From Clostridia bacterium (GTDB lineage Bacteria > Bacillota > Clostridia > Oscillospirales > CAG-272): 64,000 bases of DNA. Location: positions 209-64,208 of the forward strand of contig JAFXFN010000024.1 of assembly GCA_017520505.1 (NCBI GenBank), given 5' to 3'. The notes beneath the pieces are model-generated. The model was not told the origin of the DNA. It searched no databases and saw nothing but the letters and a program-made list of their open reading frames with translations. This document shows positions 35,221 to 44,375 of this stretch, piece after piece. Position numbers and translations under genes: made by a program. Every line of letters begins with the position of its first letter. Position 1 is the first letter of the stretch.

Positions 35221-36663
35221 ATGGCAGATAAAAGAGCACTCGCTGAAAGAATTTCAAGCGAAGAAATAGAAAAACAGTATGAATATATGCGCCGTGTAAG
35301 AGATATAACGGCGAAAAAGGCTGCGGAAAGAGGCGCTCCGCTTTATGCGTGCGTCAAGACCTACGGCTGTCAGCAGAACGAAGCTGACAGCGAAAGACTT
35401 GCGGGAATGGCTGTCGAAATGGGCTACTCTCTTACAGACGACGACAAGTGCGCAGACCTTATTCTGATAAACACGTGCGCCGTGCGTGAGCATGCGGAGC
35501 TTAAAGCCCTTTCAATAACGGGGCAGTTCAAGCATCTTAAAGAAAAAAACAAGGAGCTTGTTATCGGCATCTGCGGCTGTATGGTATCACAGGAGCACAG
35601 ATGCGACGACATCAAGCACAGATACCCTTATGTTGATTTTCTGTTCGGCACGTCGATGCTTTACAGACTCCCCGAAATACTTTGTAAGCGATTGTCGGGC
35701 GGAAGACGGGGATTTTACTCCGACTACGGCGCAGGAAATATCGCCGAGGGCTTGCCGGTATCACGCAAAGCACCGTACAAGGCTTGGGTGTCCGTTATGT
35801 ACGGCTGTAACAATTTCTGCACGTACTGCATCGTGCCGTACGTAAGAGGCAGAGAAAGAAGCCGTCTTAAAGAGGATATTTTGAAAGAGGTTCGTGAGCT
35901 TGTACAAAACGGCTGTCACGAGATAACTCTGCTCGGTCAGAACGTAAACTCATACGGTCTTGACATAGAGGAATACAAGGAAAAATACGATTTTGCATCG
36001 CTTCTTTGCGATATAAATGATATAGAGGGTGATTTTCTCATCCGTTTTATGACCTCGCACCCGAAGGATGCAAGCAAAAGGCTTATCGACACATTGGCAA
36101 CGCTTAAAAAGGCTGCTCCTCACTTTCATTTGCCGCTTCAGTCGGGAAGCGACAGAGTGCTGAAGCGTATGAACAGACGGTACACATCGGCTGATTATCT
36201 GAAGCTTCTTGCGTATATGCGTGAGAAGATGCCCGATATATGCGTTACAAGCGACATAATAACGGGATTTCCCGGTGAAACGGAGGAGGATTTTGAAGAA
36301 ACTCTCCGTGTTATAAAAGAAGCAAATTACGATATGATATATTCATTCATCTATTCAAAGCGAAAGGGAACGCCTGCCGCAGAATACGATGACCAGATAC
36401 CCGCAGATGTTACATCGGCACGCTTCCGCCGACTGCTTGACACGCAGAACGAAATTGCCAAAGAAAAAAACAGTCTTCTTGTCGGCAAAACATTCCGTGT
36501 GCTGTGCGACGGCGTAAGCAAGAGCGACGAAAATATGTACACGGGAAGAACTCCCGGCGCAAAGCTCGTGCATTTTCCGTCAGATACGGATGTAACAGGT
36601 GAATTTGTAAGCGTTAAGATAACATCAGCCGAGACGTTTGCTCTGTTCGGCGAAAAAGTATAA
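35221..36663 (+). CDS. miaB: tRNA-i6A37 methylthiotransferase MiaB
   Basis: N-terminal TYGCQQNEADSE, a radical-SAM CNNFCTYC motif, and a C-terminal TRAM-like end. 480 aa. Confidence 0.85.
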   Translation: MADKRALAERISSEEIEKQYEYMRRVRDITAKKAAERGAPLYACVKTYGCQQNEADSERLAGMAVEMGYSLTDDDKCADLILINTCAVREHAELKALSITGQFKHLKEKNKELVIGICGCMVSQEHRCDDIKHRYPYVDFLFGTSMLYRLPEILCKRLSGGRRGFYSDYGAGNIAEGLPVSRKAPYKAWVSVMYGCNNFCTYCIVPYVRGRERSRLKEDILKEVRELVQNGCHEITLLGQNVNSYGLDIEEYKEKYDFASLLCDINDIEGDFLIRFMTSHPKDASKRLIDTLATLKKAAPHFHLPLQSGSDRVLKRMNRRYTSADYLKLLAYMREKMPDICVTSDIITGFPGETEEDFEETLRVIKEANYDMIYSFIYSKRKGTPAAEYDDQIPADVTSARFRRLLDTQNEIAKEKNSLLVGKTFRVLCDGVSKSDENMYTGRTPGAKLVHFPSDTDVTGEFVSVKITSAETFALFGEKV

Positions 36664-36673
36664 GGAGTTTTTT

Positions 36674-38260
36674 ATGAAAAAATTTATTTGCGTACTTATT
36701 GCGTGCGCTGTGACAATATCATTTATTGCTTGCTCATCTGACAACACAAGCAATACAACAGACGGCACATCAAAGCCCGAGGGCACAAAGGTACAGCAGA
36801 CGGTCGTTGTTACCGACGAGGAGGGCAACACGACGGTAATTGAAGTTACCGAGCCTATAGAGGACGGTGATGAAACGTCACCCTCACAAAACGAAACCGA
36901 TACGGAAACAGAAGAAAATGACACGGCATCAGCAGATACCGAGGACAAGTCTGACGTAACGACATACCCGATTGAAAAAAATCCCATTGATGACCTTGAT
37001 GGTATCGAGCTTGTAAATGCGGCATACAATAAGATGAACACGCTTTCAAGCTATGAATATACTACCAACACAAAAATGAGATATATGAACGAAAATGCGG
37101 AGTATACTGTCAAGACCGTTCTGAAGGACGGCGGTGACGACATACAGTATGCAAGCGAAATGTTCTACGACGGCGAGGCCTCTGAGGGTATATACCACAA
37201 GGACGGCTACACTTACCAGACGATAGACGGCGAGCTTTTCAAGGGCAAAATGACAAAAGCCGAGTTCAAGGAATACCTTTTTGAAATCGGAATGAGCGCA
37301 AACGAATACATCAGCGCATTCAAAAAGCTTGAAACCGAAAAGACCGAAAACGGCGCTGTTGTAACGCTTTCGGAGTTTGATGTCAACGCCGCTGACGCTT
37401 TCCCCGATGCCGAATCGTTCAGTATTGAAAAGGCAGAGGGAACTGTTGTGATAGACAAGGCAGGGCATATCGTAAGCGAGCATATCTACATCAGCTTTAT
37501 GATAGGCAGAAATCCCATAGCCGAAATAGAAGTTGATACAGACGTCAAAAACGTAAACAGCGTTGAAAATGTAACGTTCCCGTCACTTGACGGCTACCTT
37601 GAAACGGAAAGCCTTGCAGGGCTTTACCGCCTTACTAAAGCATCCGAGGCATACGACATAAAGATGCTCCAGGGGATGAACTTCGAGCTTTCGCAGGATA
37701 TTAAAGTAACAGGCCCCGAAAAGGCACATGATATCGTAGAGGCTGAATGTGAGTATTCGTATCAGGAGTCGCTTTTAAGCACCAAGATACTTATGGATAT
37801 GCACGCTTCAGGCTCATATAACGGCGAAGCGCAGGAAATGAGCGTTGTCAGCGACGGTAAGAACGTGACGATGATATATAACGGTACTGAAAACAAGACG
37901 AAGTACGATGAGGACCTCGTCTGGACACTTCTTTCCGAAATGCTTGAATACACGCTCGGCTATGCAAGCTGTATCGTTGAATTTAAGGAAGAAAAGACCG
38001 AAGACGGTTATCTTTACACGTACACATCCGATGAGGATTACGGATATTACTTCGTCGAAAAGGCTGTATCCTGCCTTGAAGCTGAAATAGACCATGACGA
38101 AATATCCGCAGTTACCTTCAAAATCATCGAATGTACATCACAGCTCGATAAATACGGAGAGCTTGCGTTCTTTACAAACAAAGCCGAGTTCACGTTCAAA
38201 ATGGAAAACGGCGCTGTGTATAATGTTGAATATAACGTAAGCGTAACGGTGAATTCTTAA
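36674..38260 (+). CDS. Lipoprotein (528 aa)
   Basis: ATG at 36674 after an AAGGAG RBS. Lipobox FIACSS and an acidic Thr-rich linker. Confidence 0.65.
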   Translation: MKKFICVLIACAVTISFIACSSDNTSNTTDGTSKPEGTKVQQTVVVTDEEGNTTVIEVTEPIEDGDETSPSQNETDTETEENDTASADTEDKSDVTTYPIEKNPIDDLDGIELVNAAYNKMNTLSSYEYTTNTKMRYMNENAEYTVKTVLKDGGDDIQYASEMFYDGEASEGIYHKDGYTYQTIDGELFKGKMTKAEFKEYLFEIGMSANEYISAFKKLETEKTENGAVVTLSEFDVNAADAFPDAESFSIEKAEGTVVIDKAGHIVSEHIYISFMIGRNPIAEIEVDTDVKNVNSVENVTFPSLDGYLETESLAGLYRLTKASEAYDIKMLQGMNFELSQDIKVTGPEKAHDIVEAECEYSYQESLLSTKILMDMHASGSYNGEAQEMSVVSDGKNVTMIYNGTENKTKYDEDLVWTLLSEMLEYTLGYASCIVEFKEEKTEDGYLYTYTSDEDYGYYFVEKAVSCLEAEIDHDEISAVTFKIIECTSQLDKYGELAFFTNKAEFTFKMENGAVYNVEYNVSVTVNS

Positions 38261-38872
38261 ATGGAAAGGCCCGTATTTGTTATGATAGCCCGCACAAACA
38301 CGGCAATGGGCGGACTTATTAAGCAATTTGAAAAAGGATACTACAATCATGCGGCGATAACCTTTTCGGACGATCTTTCAAGGCTGTATTCGTTTTCAAG
38401 ATATTACGTGAATACGCCGAACGTAGGAGGCTTTGTCGTTGAAAAGCCTGCAAGATATTTGTCAGAAGAGGAGCCTACGCCGATAAAGCTGTATATGCTT
38501 CCCGCCGATGACGGCGACTATGCAAAAATCCGCAAAAAGATCGACGGATTTGCAAAAAACAGAAAGAAATATCTTTACGACACCTTCGGCGCAATATCGG
38601 CACAAAAGGGCAAGCCGAAGAAAATAAAGGATGCGTACACGGACGTGACGTTTGTGGCGCATATTCTCGAAATGAAGAACGTGTACACCGTGGAGCAGCT
38701 TGAAAAAGCGCTTGAGCATTACAGAGTCTACACGGGAACGCTCCAGAAGTATCTGCGCGGCGAATACGAATGCGACGAGGTATACTACGAAAGGCAAAGC
38801 ATCGGCCGTGTGCTTTACGGCACGGCAAGCCATTTTGCAAGGCTTGCAAAACGGTCTCTTTTCGATAAATAA
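38261..38872 (+). CDS. Hypothetical protein (203 aa)
   Basis: ORF abutting the previous stop. No firm family call; a YiiX/permuted-papain-like fold is only a guess. Confidence 0.45.
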   Translation: MERPVFVMIARTNTAMGGLIKQFEKGYYNHAAITFSDDLSRLYSFSRYYVNTPNVGGFVVEKPARYLSEEEPTPIKLYMLPADDGDYAKIRKKIDGFAKNRKKYLYDTFGAISAQKGKPKKIKDAYTDVTFVAHILEMKNVYTVEQLEKALEHYRVYTGTLQKYLRGEYECDEVYYERQSIGRVLYGTASHFARLAKRSLFDK

Positions 38873-38884
38873 ACGGAGGACTGT

Positions 38885-39550
38885 ATGTTTAAAACGAAAG
38901 AAATGTTTGATCTGTCGCACACAGCGGCATCGGAATTCCTTGCGGGATTTGAATATCCCTACGAAGCACTCCCTCATATAAAACAATACATTAAGGACCT
39001 GATATGCACACTTTCAGAGGATGAGTTTTATTCACCTGCCGACGGTGTGTGGATATCAAAGAAAGCAAAGGTAGCACCCACGGCGTGCATTGTCGGCCCG
39101 ACTGTCATTTACGCAGGGGCGGAGATAAGACATTGTGCCTACATAAGAGGCTCTGTTATAGTCGGTAAGGACTGTGTAGTGGGTAACTCCACAGAGCTTA
39201 AAAACTGCATTTTGTTCGACAAAACAGCAGTTCCGCACTTCAACTATATCGGAGATTCGATTCTCGGATACTGCTCTCACCTCGGTGCGGGTGCGGTAAG
39301 CTCAAATGTCAAGAGCGACAAGACCAATGTTGTCATCAAGGACGGAGATGAACGCATCGAAACCGGACTTCGTAAGTTCGGTGCGATGGTCGGCGACTTT
39401 GTCGAGGTCGGCTGTAACAGCGTGCTGAATCCGGGTACTGTGATAGGACGCAACTCTACCGTCTACCCGGGAAGCCGTGTGCGTGGCGTTATTCCCGAAA
39501 ATTCAATATACAAAAGCGGCAACAATGTCGTTATCAAGAAAATAAATTAA
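38885..39550 (+). CDS. Left-handed beta-helix (hexapeptide) acyltransferase, GlmU C-terminal-domain-like
   Basis: Hexapeptide repeats (IGDSILGYCSHLGAGAV..., VGDFVEVGCNSVLNPGTVIG). Lies upstream of glmM-glmS. Confidence 0.6.
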   Translation: MFKTKEMFDLSHTAASEFLAGFEYPYEALPHIKQYIKDLICTLSEDEFYSPADGVWISKKAKVAPTACIVGPTVIYAGAEIRHCAYIRGSVIVGKDCVVGNSTELKNCILFDKTAVPHFNYIGDSILGYCSHLGAGAVSSNVKSDKTNVVIKDGDERIETGLRKFGAMVGDFVEVGCNSVLNPGTVIGRNSTVYPGSRVRGVIPENSIYKSGNNVVIKKIN

Positions 39551-39571
39551 TTTTGAAAGGATATAATTAAA

Positions 39572-40927
39572 ATGGGACGTTTATTCGGAACAGACGGTGT
39601 AAGAGGTATTGCCAACACCGAACTCAGCTGTGAGCTTGCGCTCGACATAGGACGTGCGGCGGCATCGGTTCTGTCTAACGGTACAAGAAGAAGACCTGTA
39701 TTTGTAGTAGGATGTGACACGAGAATGTCATCTGATATGCTCGGCTGTGCGGTAACGGCGGGACTTTGCTCATACGGAGCAGACGTTATCAACCTCGGCG
39801 TTGTGCCGACACCTGCGGTTGCATATCTCGTAGGAAAATATAAAGCAGATGCGGGAGTTATGATATCCGCATCGCACAACCCCGCAGAATTCAACGGAAT
39901 AAAGCTCTTTTCGGGTGACGGCTACAAGCTTCCCGATATGATAGAGGAGCAGATAGAGTCGCTCGTGCTTGATAAAGACGACGACGAAAAGCTTTCTTTG
40001 CCCATAGGAGGCGCTGTAGGTAAGCTTTACACAGGCTATAACGCCGTTAAGGATTATACAGACCACATAAAGTCGTCCGTGCCGAACTCGCTTGACGGAC
40101 TCAGAATCGCCGTTGACTGCGCAAACGGCTCGGCATCGGTAACTGCCGAAAAACTGTTCACATCGCTCGGTGCTGAATGTATCTTCCTTTCCAAGGATCC
40201 CGACGGTGAAAACATCAACCGTGACTGCGGCTCAACACACATCGAAGCGCTTGCAAAGTGCGTTGTTGAAAACGGACTCGATGCAGGTGTTGCATTCGAC
40301 GGTGACGCTGACAGATGTCTTTGCGTTGACGAAAACGGTAAGCTCGTCGACGGTGATATGATAATGGCAATATGTGCCGTTGACCTCAAAAACAGAGGTA
40401 AGCTCAACAGAAATACAGTTGTCGGTACCGTTATGACGAACTTCGGCTTCGGCAAGTTCTGCGAGGAAAACGACCTGTCATTCGTTTCCACGAAGGTCGG
40501 TGACAGATTCGTGCTTGAAAAGATGCTTCTTGAAGAATATGACTTCGGCGGTGAGCAGTCCGGACACATCATCTTCCGTGACTTTGCAACGACGGGCGAC
40601 GGTCAGCTGACAGCCGTTCAGCTTCTTGCGCATCTTAAGAGAAGCGGCGAAAAGCTTTCAAAGCTTGCAAGCGTAATGAAGAAGTACCCGCAGATAATGA
40701 TAAATCTCAAGATAACGGCAGAGGGTAAGCTCCACTTCTACACGAACAGAGAAGTCAAGGAAGCTATTGAAAACGGAAAACACAAGCTCGGCAAAACGGG
40801 CAGAGTCGTTGTACGTCCCTCGGGTACAGAGCCCCTTATCCGTGTAATGGCAGAGGGCGAGGACGAGGTAACGATAGCAGAGGTTGCAAATATGATAGCC
40901 TCCGTTATCAGAGATCAGCTCGCATAA
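39572..40927 (+). CDS. glmM: Phosphoglucosamine mutase
   Basis: MGRLFGTDGVRG start, phosphoserine loop SASHNPAEFNGIK, 451 aa. Confidence 0.9.
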   Translation: MGRLFGTDGVRGIANTELSCELALDIGRAAASVLSNGTRRRPVFVVGCDTRMSSDMLGCAVTAGLCSYGADVINLGVVPTPAVAYLVGKYKADAGVMISASHNPAEFNGIKLFSGDGYKLPDMIEEQIESLVLDKDDDEKLSLPIGGAVGKLYTGYNAVKDYTDHIKSSVPNSLDGLRIAVDCANGSASVTAEKLFTSLGAECIFLSKDPDGENINRDCGSTHIEALAKCVVENGLDAGVAFDGDADRCLCVDENGKLVDGDMIMAICAVDLKNRGKLNRNTVVGTVMTNFGFGKFCEENDLSFVSTKVGDRFVLEKMLLEEYDFGGEQSGHIIFRDFATTGDGQLTAVQLLAHLKRSGEKLSKLASVMKKYPQIMINLKITAEGKLHFYTNREVKEAIENGKHKLGKTGRVVVRPSGTEPLIRVMAEGEDEVTIAEVANMIASVIRDQLA

Positions 40928-40971
40928 CAAATCACTTTTAAATAATAAAAAAGTCGAAAGGGTAAGCAAAT

Positions 40972-42771
40972 ATGTGCGGAATTGTTGGATATACAGGTAA
41001 AAATGAAGCGCTCCCCGTTGTAACAGGCGGTTTGTTTGCGCTTGAATACAGAGGTTATGACTCCTCAGGCGTTGCCGTTTTGTGCGGCGGCAAGACAGAA
41101 ATTGTTAAAAAAACGGGCAAGCTTGAAAATCTTATGGCTGCCCTTGAAAAAGCACAGCTTAAAGGCACGTGCGGTATCGGCCACACAAGATGGGCAACGC
41201 ACGGCGAGGTAACAGAAACGAATGCGCACCCGCATACGGTCGGCAAGACGGTGCTGGTGCATAACGGAATTATTGAAAACTACGTGTCCGTCGGTAAAAT
41301 GACGAATACCGATTTCAAAAGCACGACTGATACGGAGCGTGCGTGCGCTCTGTTCAACGAGCTTTATGAAAGATGCGGCGACGGACTTCAGACTATCACA
41401 AGCGCATGCCGTGAGTTTGTAGGCTCTTATGCGTTTTTGGTAATGTTCAAAGATGAACCGGATATTTTTTACGCAGTAAGAAACGGCTGTCCGCTTGTCG
41501 TTGGCACGGCTGACGGCGGCTTTGCCGCTTGCTCAGATGTTGCCGCTTGCGACTTCGGCGAATACTACAAGCTTTCGGACGGTGACGTTGCAAAGGTTAC
41601 AAAGGATGGTATTTCGTTCTTTGACAAAGACGGAGCGCCTATTTCAAAAGAAGCGCTGACACCGAAAAAATCGTTTTCAGCTCCCGATAAATGCGGATTC
41701 CCCCATTATATGCTGAAAGAAATGGAGGAAATTCCGACGGTTCTCAAAAACACACTTGAAGCACACATAAAGGACGGTTTGCCTTACTTTGAGGGCGTTG
41801 AGGATGAAATATTTAAAAATATGAACCGCCTGCGCATCGTCGGATGCGGTACGGCATACCACGCAGGACTTGTGTGCGAGCATATTTCAAGACGTCTGAC
41901 AGGCATCGAGGGCGATATATACATCGCCTCCGAATACAGATATTCGGGCCATAAGCTCAATAAAGACGATGCGGTGATATTTATCACGCAGTCGGGTGAA
42001 ACTGCCGACACGCTTGCGTGCATACGTATGTGTCGTGCGCAGGGCGCGTATACGCTCGGTGTTGTAAACGTGCCGACGTCAACGGCGGTCGAGGAGTGCG
42101 ACGGTGTTATCTTAACTCACGCAGGAAGCGAAATTGCCGTTGCAAGCACGAAGGCTTACGTAACACAGCTTGCGGCACTTTATCTTATAGTGCTTAAAAT
42201 GAGCCTTGTCAAGGGTACGCTTACCGAAGACGAGGTAAGAGGGCTTTGTGGTGAGCTTTTGAACGGTGTATGCGCTGAGTCAAGGCTTTCAGACACAGAC
42301 AAGATAACGATAAACAGAATTGCGGAAAAATATTCCGAATGCCGTGATATGTTCTATATCGGACGTGGGCTTGACAGCGTGCTTTGCAGCGAGGCATCCC
42401 TCAAGCTCAAGGAAATTTCGTACGTTCACAGCGAAGCGTACCCATCGGGTGAGCTGAAGCACGGTACTATCTCTCTTATTACAGAGGGTGTCGGTGTGTT
42501 TGCGATTTTGACAGACGAAAGGCTGTATCTGAAATCGATAGGAAACATCGAGGAAGCAGCGGCACGAGGCGGCTCGGTCATAGCACTTTGCAAGGAAGGC
42601 TTCTGTAAGGACAAAAATTATGACCTTATACCCTGCCGTATATCAAACGACTTGTTTGCGCCGTTTGCTGTTGCACCGAGATTTCAGTATTTTGCATACT
42701 GTATGACAATAATTAAAAATCTCGACCCCGATAAGCCGAGAAATCTTGCAAAATCCGTAACGGTTGAATAA
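40972..42771 (+). CDS. glmS: Glutamine--fructose-6-phosphate aminotransferase
   Basis: MCGIVGY N-terminal nucleophile, two SIS domains, C-terminal KSVTVE. Confidence 0.9.
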   Translation: MCGIVGYTGKNEALPVVTGGLFALEYRGYDSSGVAVLCGGKTEIVKKTGKLENLMAALEKAQLKGTCGIGHTRWATHGEVTETNAHPHTVGKTVLVHNGIIENYVSVGKMTNTDFKSTTDTERACALFNELYERCGDGLQTITSACREFVGSYAFLVMFKDEPDIFYAVRNGCPLVVGTADGGFAACSDVAACDFGEYYKLSDGDVAKVTKDGISFFDKDGAPISKEALTPKKSFSAPDKCGFPHYMLKEMEEIPTVLKNTLEAHIKDGLPYFEGVEDEIFKNMNRLRIVGCGTAYHAGLVCEHISRRLTGIEGDIYIASEYRYSGHKLNKDDAVIFITQSGETADTLACIRMCRAQGAYTLGVVNVPTSTAVEECDGVILTHAGSEIAVASTKAYVTQLAALYLIVLKMSLVKGTLTEDEVRGLCGELLNGVCAESRLSDTDKITINRIAEKYSECRDMFYIGRGLDSVLCSEASLKLKEISYVHSEAYPSGELKHGTISLITEGVGVFAILTDERLYLKSIGNIEEAAARGGSVIALCKEGFCKDKNYDLIPCRISNDLFAPFAVAPRFQYFAYCMTIIKNLDPDKPRNLAKSVTVE

Positions 42772-42783
42772 AGGACAGAAATT

Positions 42784-43095
42784 ATGAAGCTTATTTTGAT
42801 AATAATACAAAATGATGACAGTACAGAGGCAGTATCAGCTCTTACAAAAGAGGGCTTCTTCATAACGAAGCTTGCAACGACGGGAGCGTTTCTCTCATCG
42901 GGAAACACAACGCTTCTGATAGGTACAAACGAAGACAGAATACCGAAAATAAAGGAAATACTTTCAAAAACGTGTGTCGGTACGGTGCAAGCCGAACCGT
43001 CTGTATCAGCGTTTGTACCGAATGCCTCCGATAATGAATCCGTCGGCGGTGCTACAATGTTCGTATTGAACGTTGAGTCATTTGAGAAAATATAA
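42784..43095 (+). CDS. darA: PII-like cyclic-di-AMP receptor (DarA/YaaQ family)
   Basis: 103 aa. MKLILIIIQNDD...ALTKEGFFITKLATTGAFL is typical of the family. Confidence 0.7.
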   Translation: MKLILIIIQNDDSTEAVSALTKEGFFITKLATTGAFLSSGNTTLLIGTNEDRIPKIKEILSKTCVGTVQAEPSVSAFVPNASDNESVGGATMFVLNVESFEKI

Positions 43096-43145
43096 AATTG
43101 CGGGAGTTCACCTCGGTATTATTGTGTAAAATGTGATTTAGCAAT

Positions 43146-43169
43146 GTAGGGCGGGGGCTTGCTCCCGCC
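43146..43169. repeat. Solo REP GTAGGGCGGGGGCTTGCTCCCGCC
   Basis: Identical to 51972-51995. Confidence 0.8.
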
Positions 43170-43297
43170 GAAGAATGACCATCCTTCCGCAATATCGTTT
43201 TTTTAAAGAGCATATGGAGCGCTCTTTGCTACCTTGCTTTATCTAAAGGTTTACAAATGGATTTCTGCAGGAAGTCTGCGCCGTTTGTTGTAAACTT

Positions 43298-43335
43298 AAA
43301 ATTGAGCCTTTACCGTTCGGTAAAGGCTCAATTTT
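43298..43335. terminator. Bidirectional terminator
   Basis: AAAATTGAGCCTTTACC-GTTC-GGTAAAGGCTCAATTTT. Confidence 0.8.
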
Positions 43336-43341
43336 GTTTTA

Positions 43342-43776
43342 TTACAGCGAATAGATTTTTTCTGCATCAAGAAGCGAAACGCCCGCTTTTGTCAATAACT
43401 CCTCAGCACGCTCAGGGTCGGATGTGCTTATGATGACACAAGCGTATTTTTCGTCGCCCGGCGTCAGAAATGCGTACATATAGTCAACACTTATGCCTGC
43501 GTGTGCTAAAAACTGCATAGCCTCCGAAAAGCTTCCGGGGCGGTCTTCTATCTGTATTGCGATAACGTCGGTCAAGGCCGTCATAAGACCTGCTCTGTGG
43601 CATACGTCAGATGCTTCATCTGGCTTGTTTACGATAAGACGCAAAATGCCGAAATCTGTTGTGTCGGCAATAGACAGTGCACGGATGTCTATTCCTGCGC
43701 TTGCCAGAATGCGTGTTATCTCCGCAATTCTTCCCGACTTGTTCTCCATAAATATAGAAAGCTGTTTAACTCTCAT
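43342..43776 (-). CDS. ACT domain-containing protein
   Basis: MRVKQLSIFMENKSGR start (ATG at 43776; the longer ORF runs to 43797). Tandem ACT layout. Last gene of the ior operon. Confidence 0.75.
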   Translation of the reverse strand: MRVKQLSIFMENKSGRIAEITRILASAGIDIRALSIADTTDFGILRLIVNKPDEASDVCHRAGLMTALTDVIAIQIEDRPGSFSEAMQFLAHAGISVDYMYAFLTPGDEKYACVIISTSDPERAEELLTKAGVSLLDAEKIYSL

Positions 43777-43777
43777 A

Positions 43778-44356
43778 TCAGCAACCTGCCTTTTCATAGC
43801 CGTCGGAGAAAGCCTTGATGTTTGTTTCCTTTGTTTTTTCGGGAACTGTGTCGCAGATGGTTTTCAGCCATACTTCTTTATCGATATGGAGGAATTTTGC
43901 CGCCATACCGAGAAGAACCATATTAACAGCCTTTGCAGAGCCTGCCGCTTCCGCTATTTCAAGTGCCTCTGCGCTTATTATTTTGATTCCCGTGTTTTCT
44001 ATCTTTTCGAGTATATTTTCGGGATACTCAGCCTTGCCCATAATAACGGGCATAGGATCTATTTTCTGTGTGTTTGTGATGATGATGCCGTCGGGCTTGA
44101 GATATGATACCCAGCGAGCCGCTTCGAGCTGTTCGAAGGAAATAAGTATATCAGCCTCACCCTTTTCGATAACGGGAGAAAATACCTTTTCGCCGTATCT
44201 TACGTATGTAACAACGGAGCCGCCTCTCTGCGACATACCGTGTACCTCACTTACCTTTACATCGTAGTCAAGTCCTGTAAATACTGCGCCCATTATTTTG
44301 GAAGCAAGAAGCGTACCCTGACCGCCTACGCCGACAATAAGTATATTTTTAACCAT
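43778..44356 (-). CDS. iorB: Indolepyruvate oxidoreductase subunit beta
   Basis: MVKNILIVGVGGQGTLLASK start. Follows iorA. Confidence 0.85.
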   Translation of the reverse strand: MVKNILIVGVGGQGTLLASKIMGAVFTGLDYDVKVSEVHGMSQRGGSVVTYVRYGEKVFSPVIEKGEADILISFEQLEAARWVSYLKPDGIIITNTQKIDPMPVIMGKAEYPENILEKIENTGIKIISAEALEIAEAAGSAKAVNMVLLGMAAKFLHIDKEVWLKTICDTVPEKTKETNIKAFSDGYEKAGC

Positions 44357-44375
44357 AATATATACCGTTCCTTTC

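Noticed and set aside
38462-38986. 174-aa minus-strand ORF
   Set aside because: It lies antisense to 38261..38872 and to the start of the LbH gene, and nothing supports it.
40928-40971. glmS ribozyme upstream of glmS
   Set aside because: The gap is only 44 nt and shows none of the conserved ribozyme core, so it is too short. A covariance-model scan of the whole operon leader would be needed for certainty.
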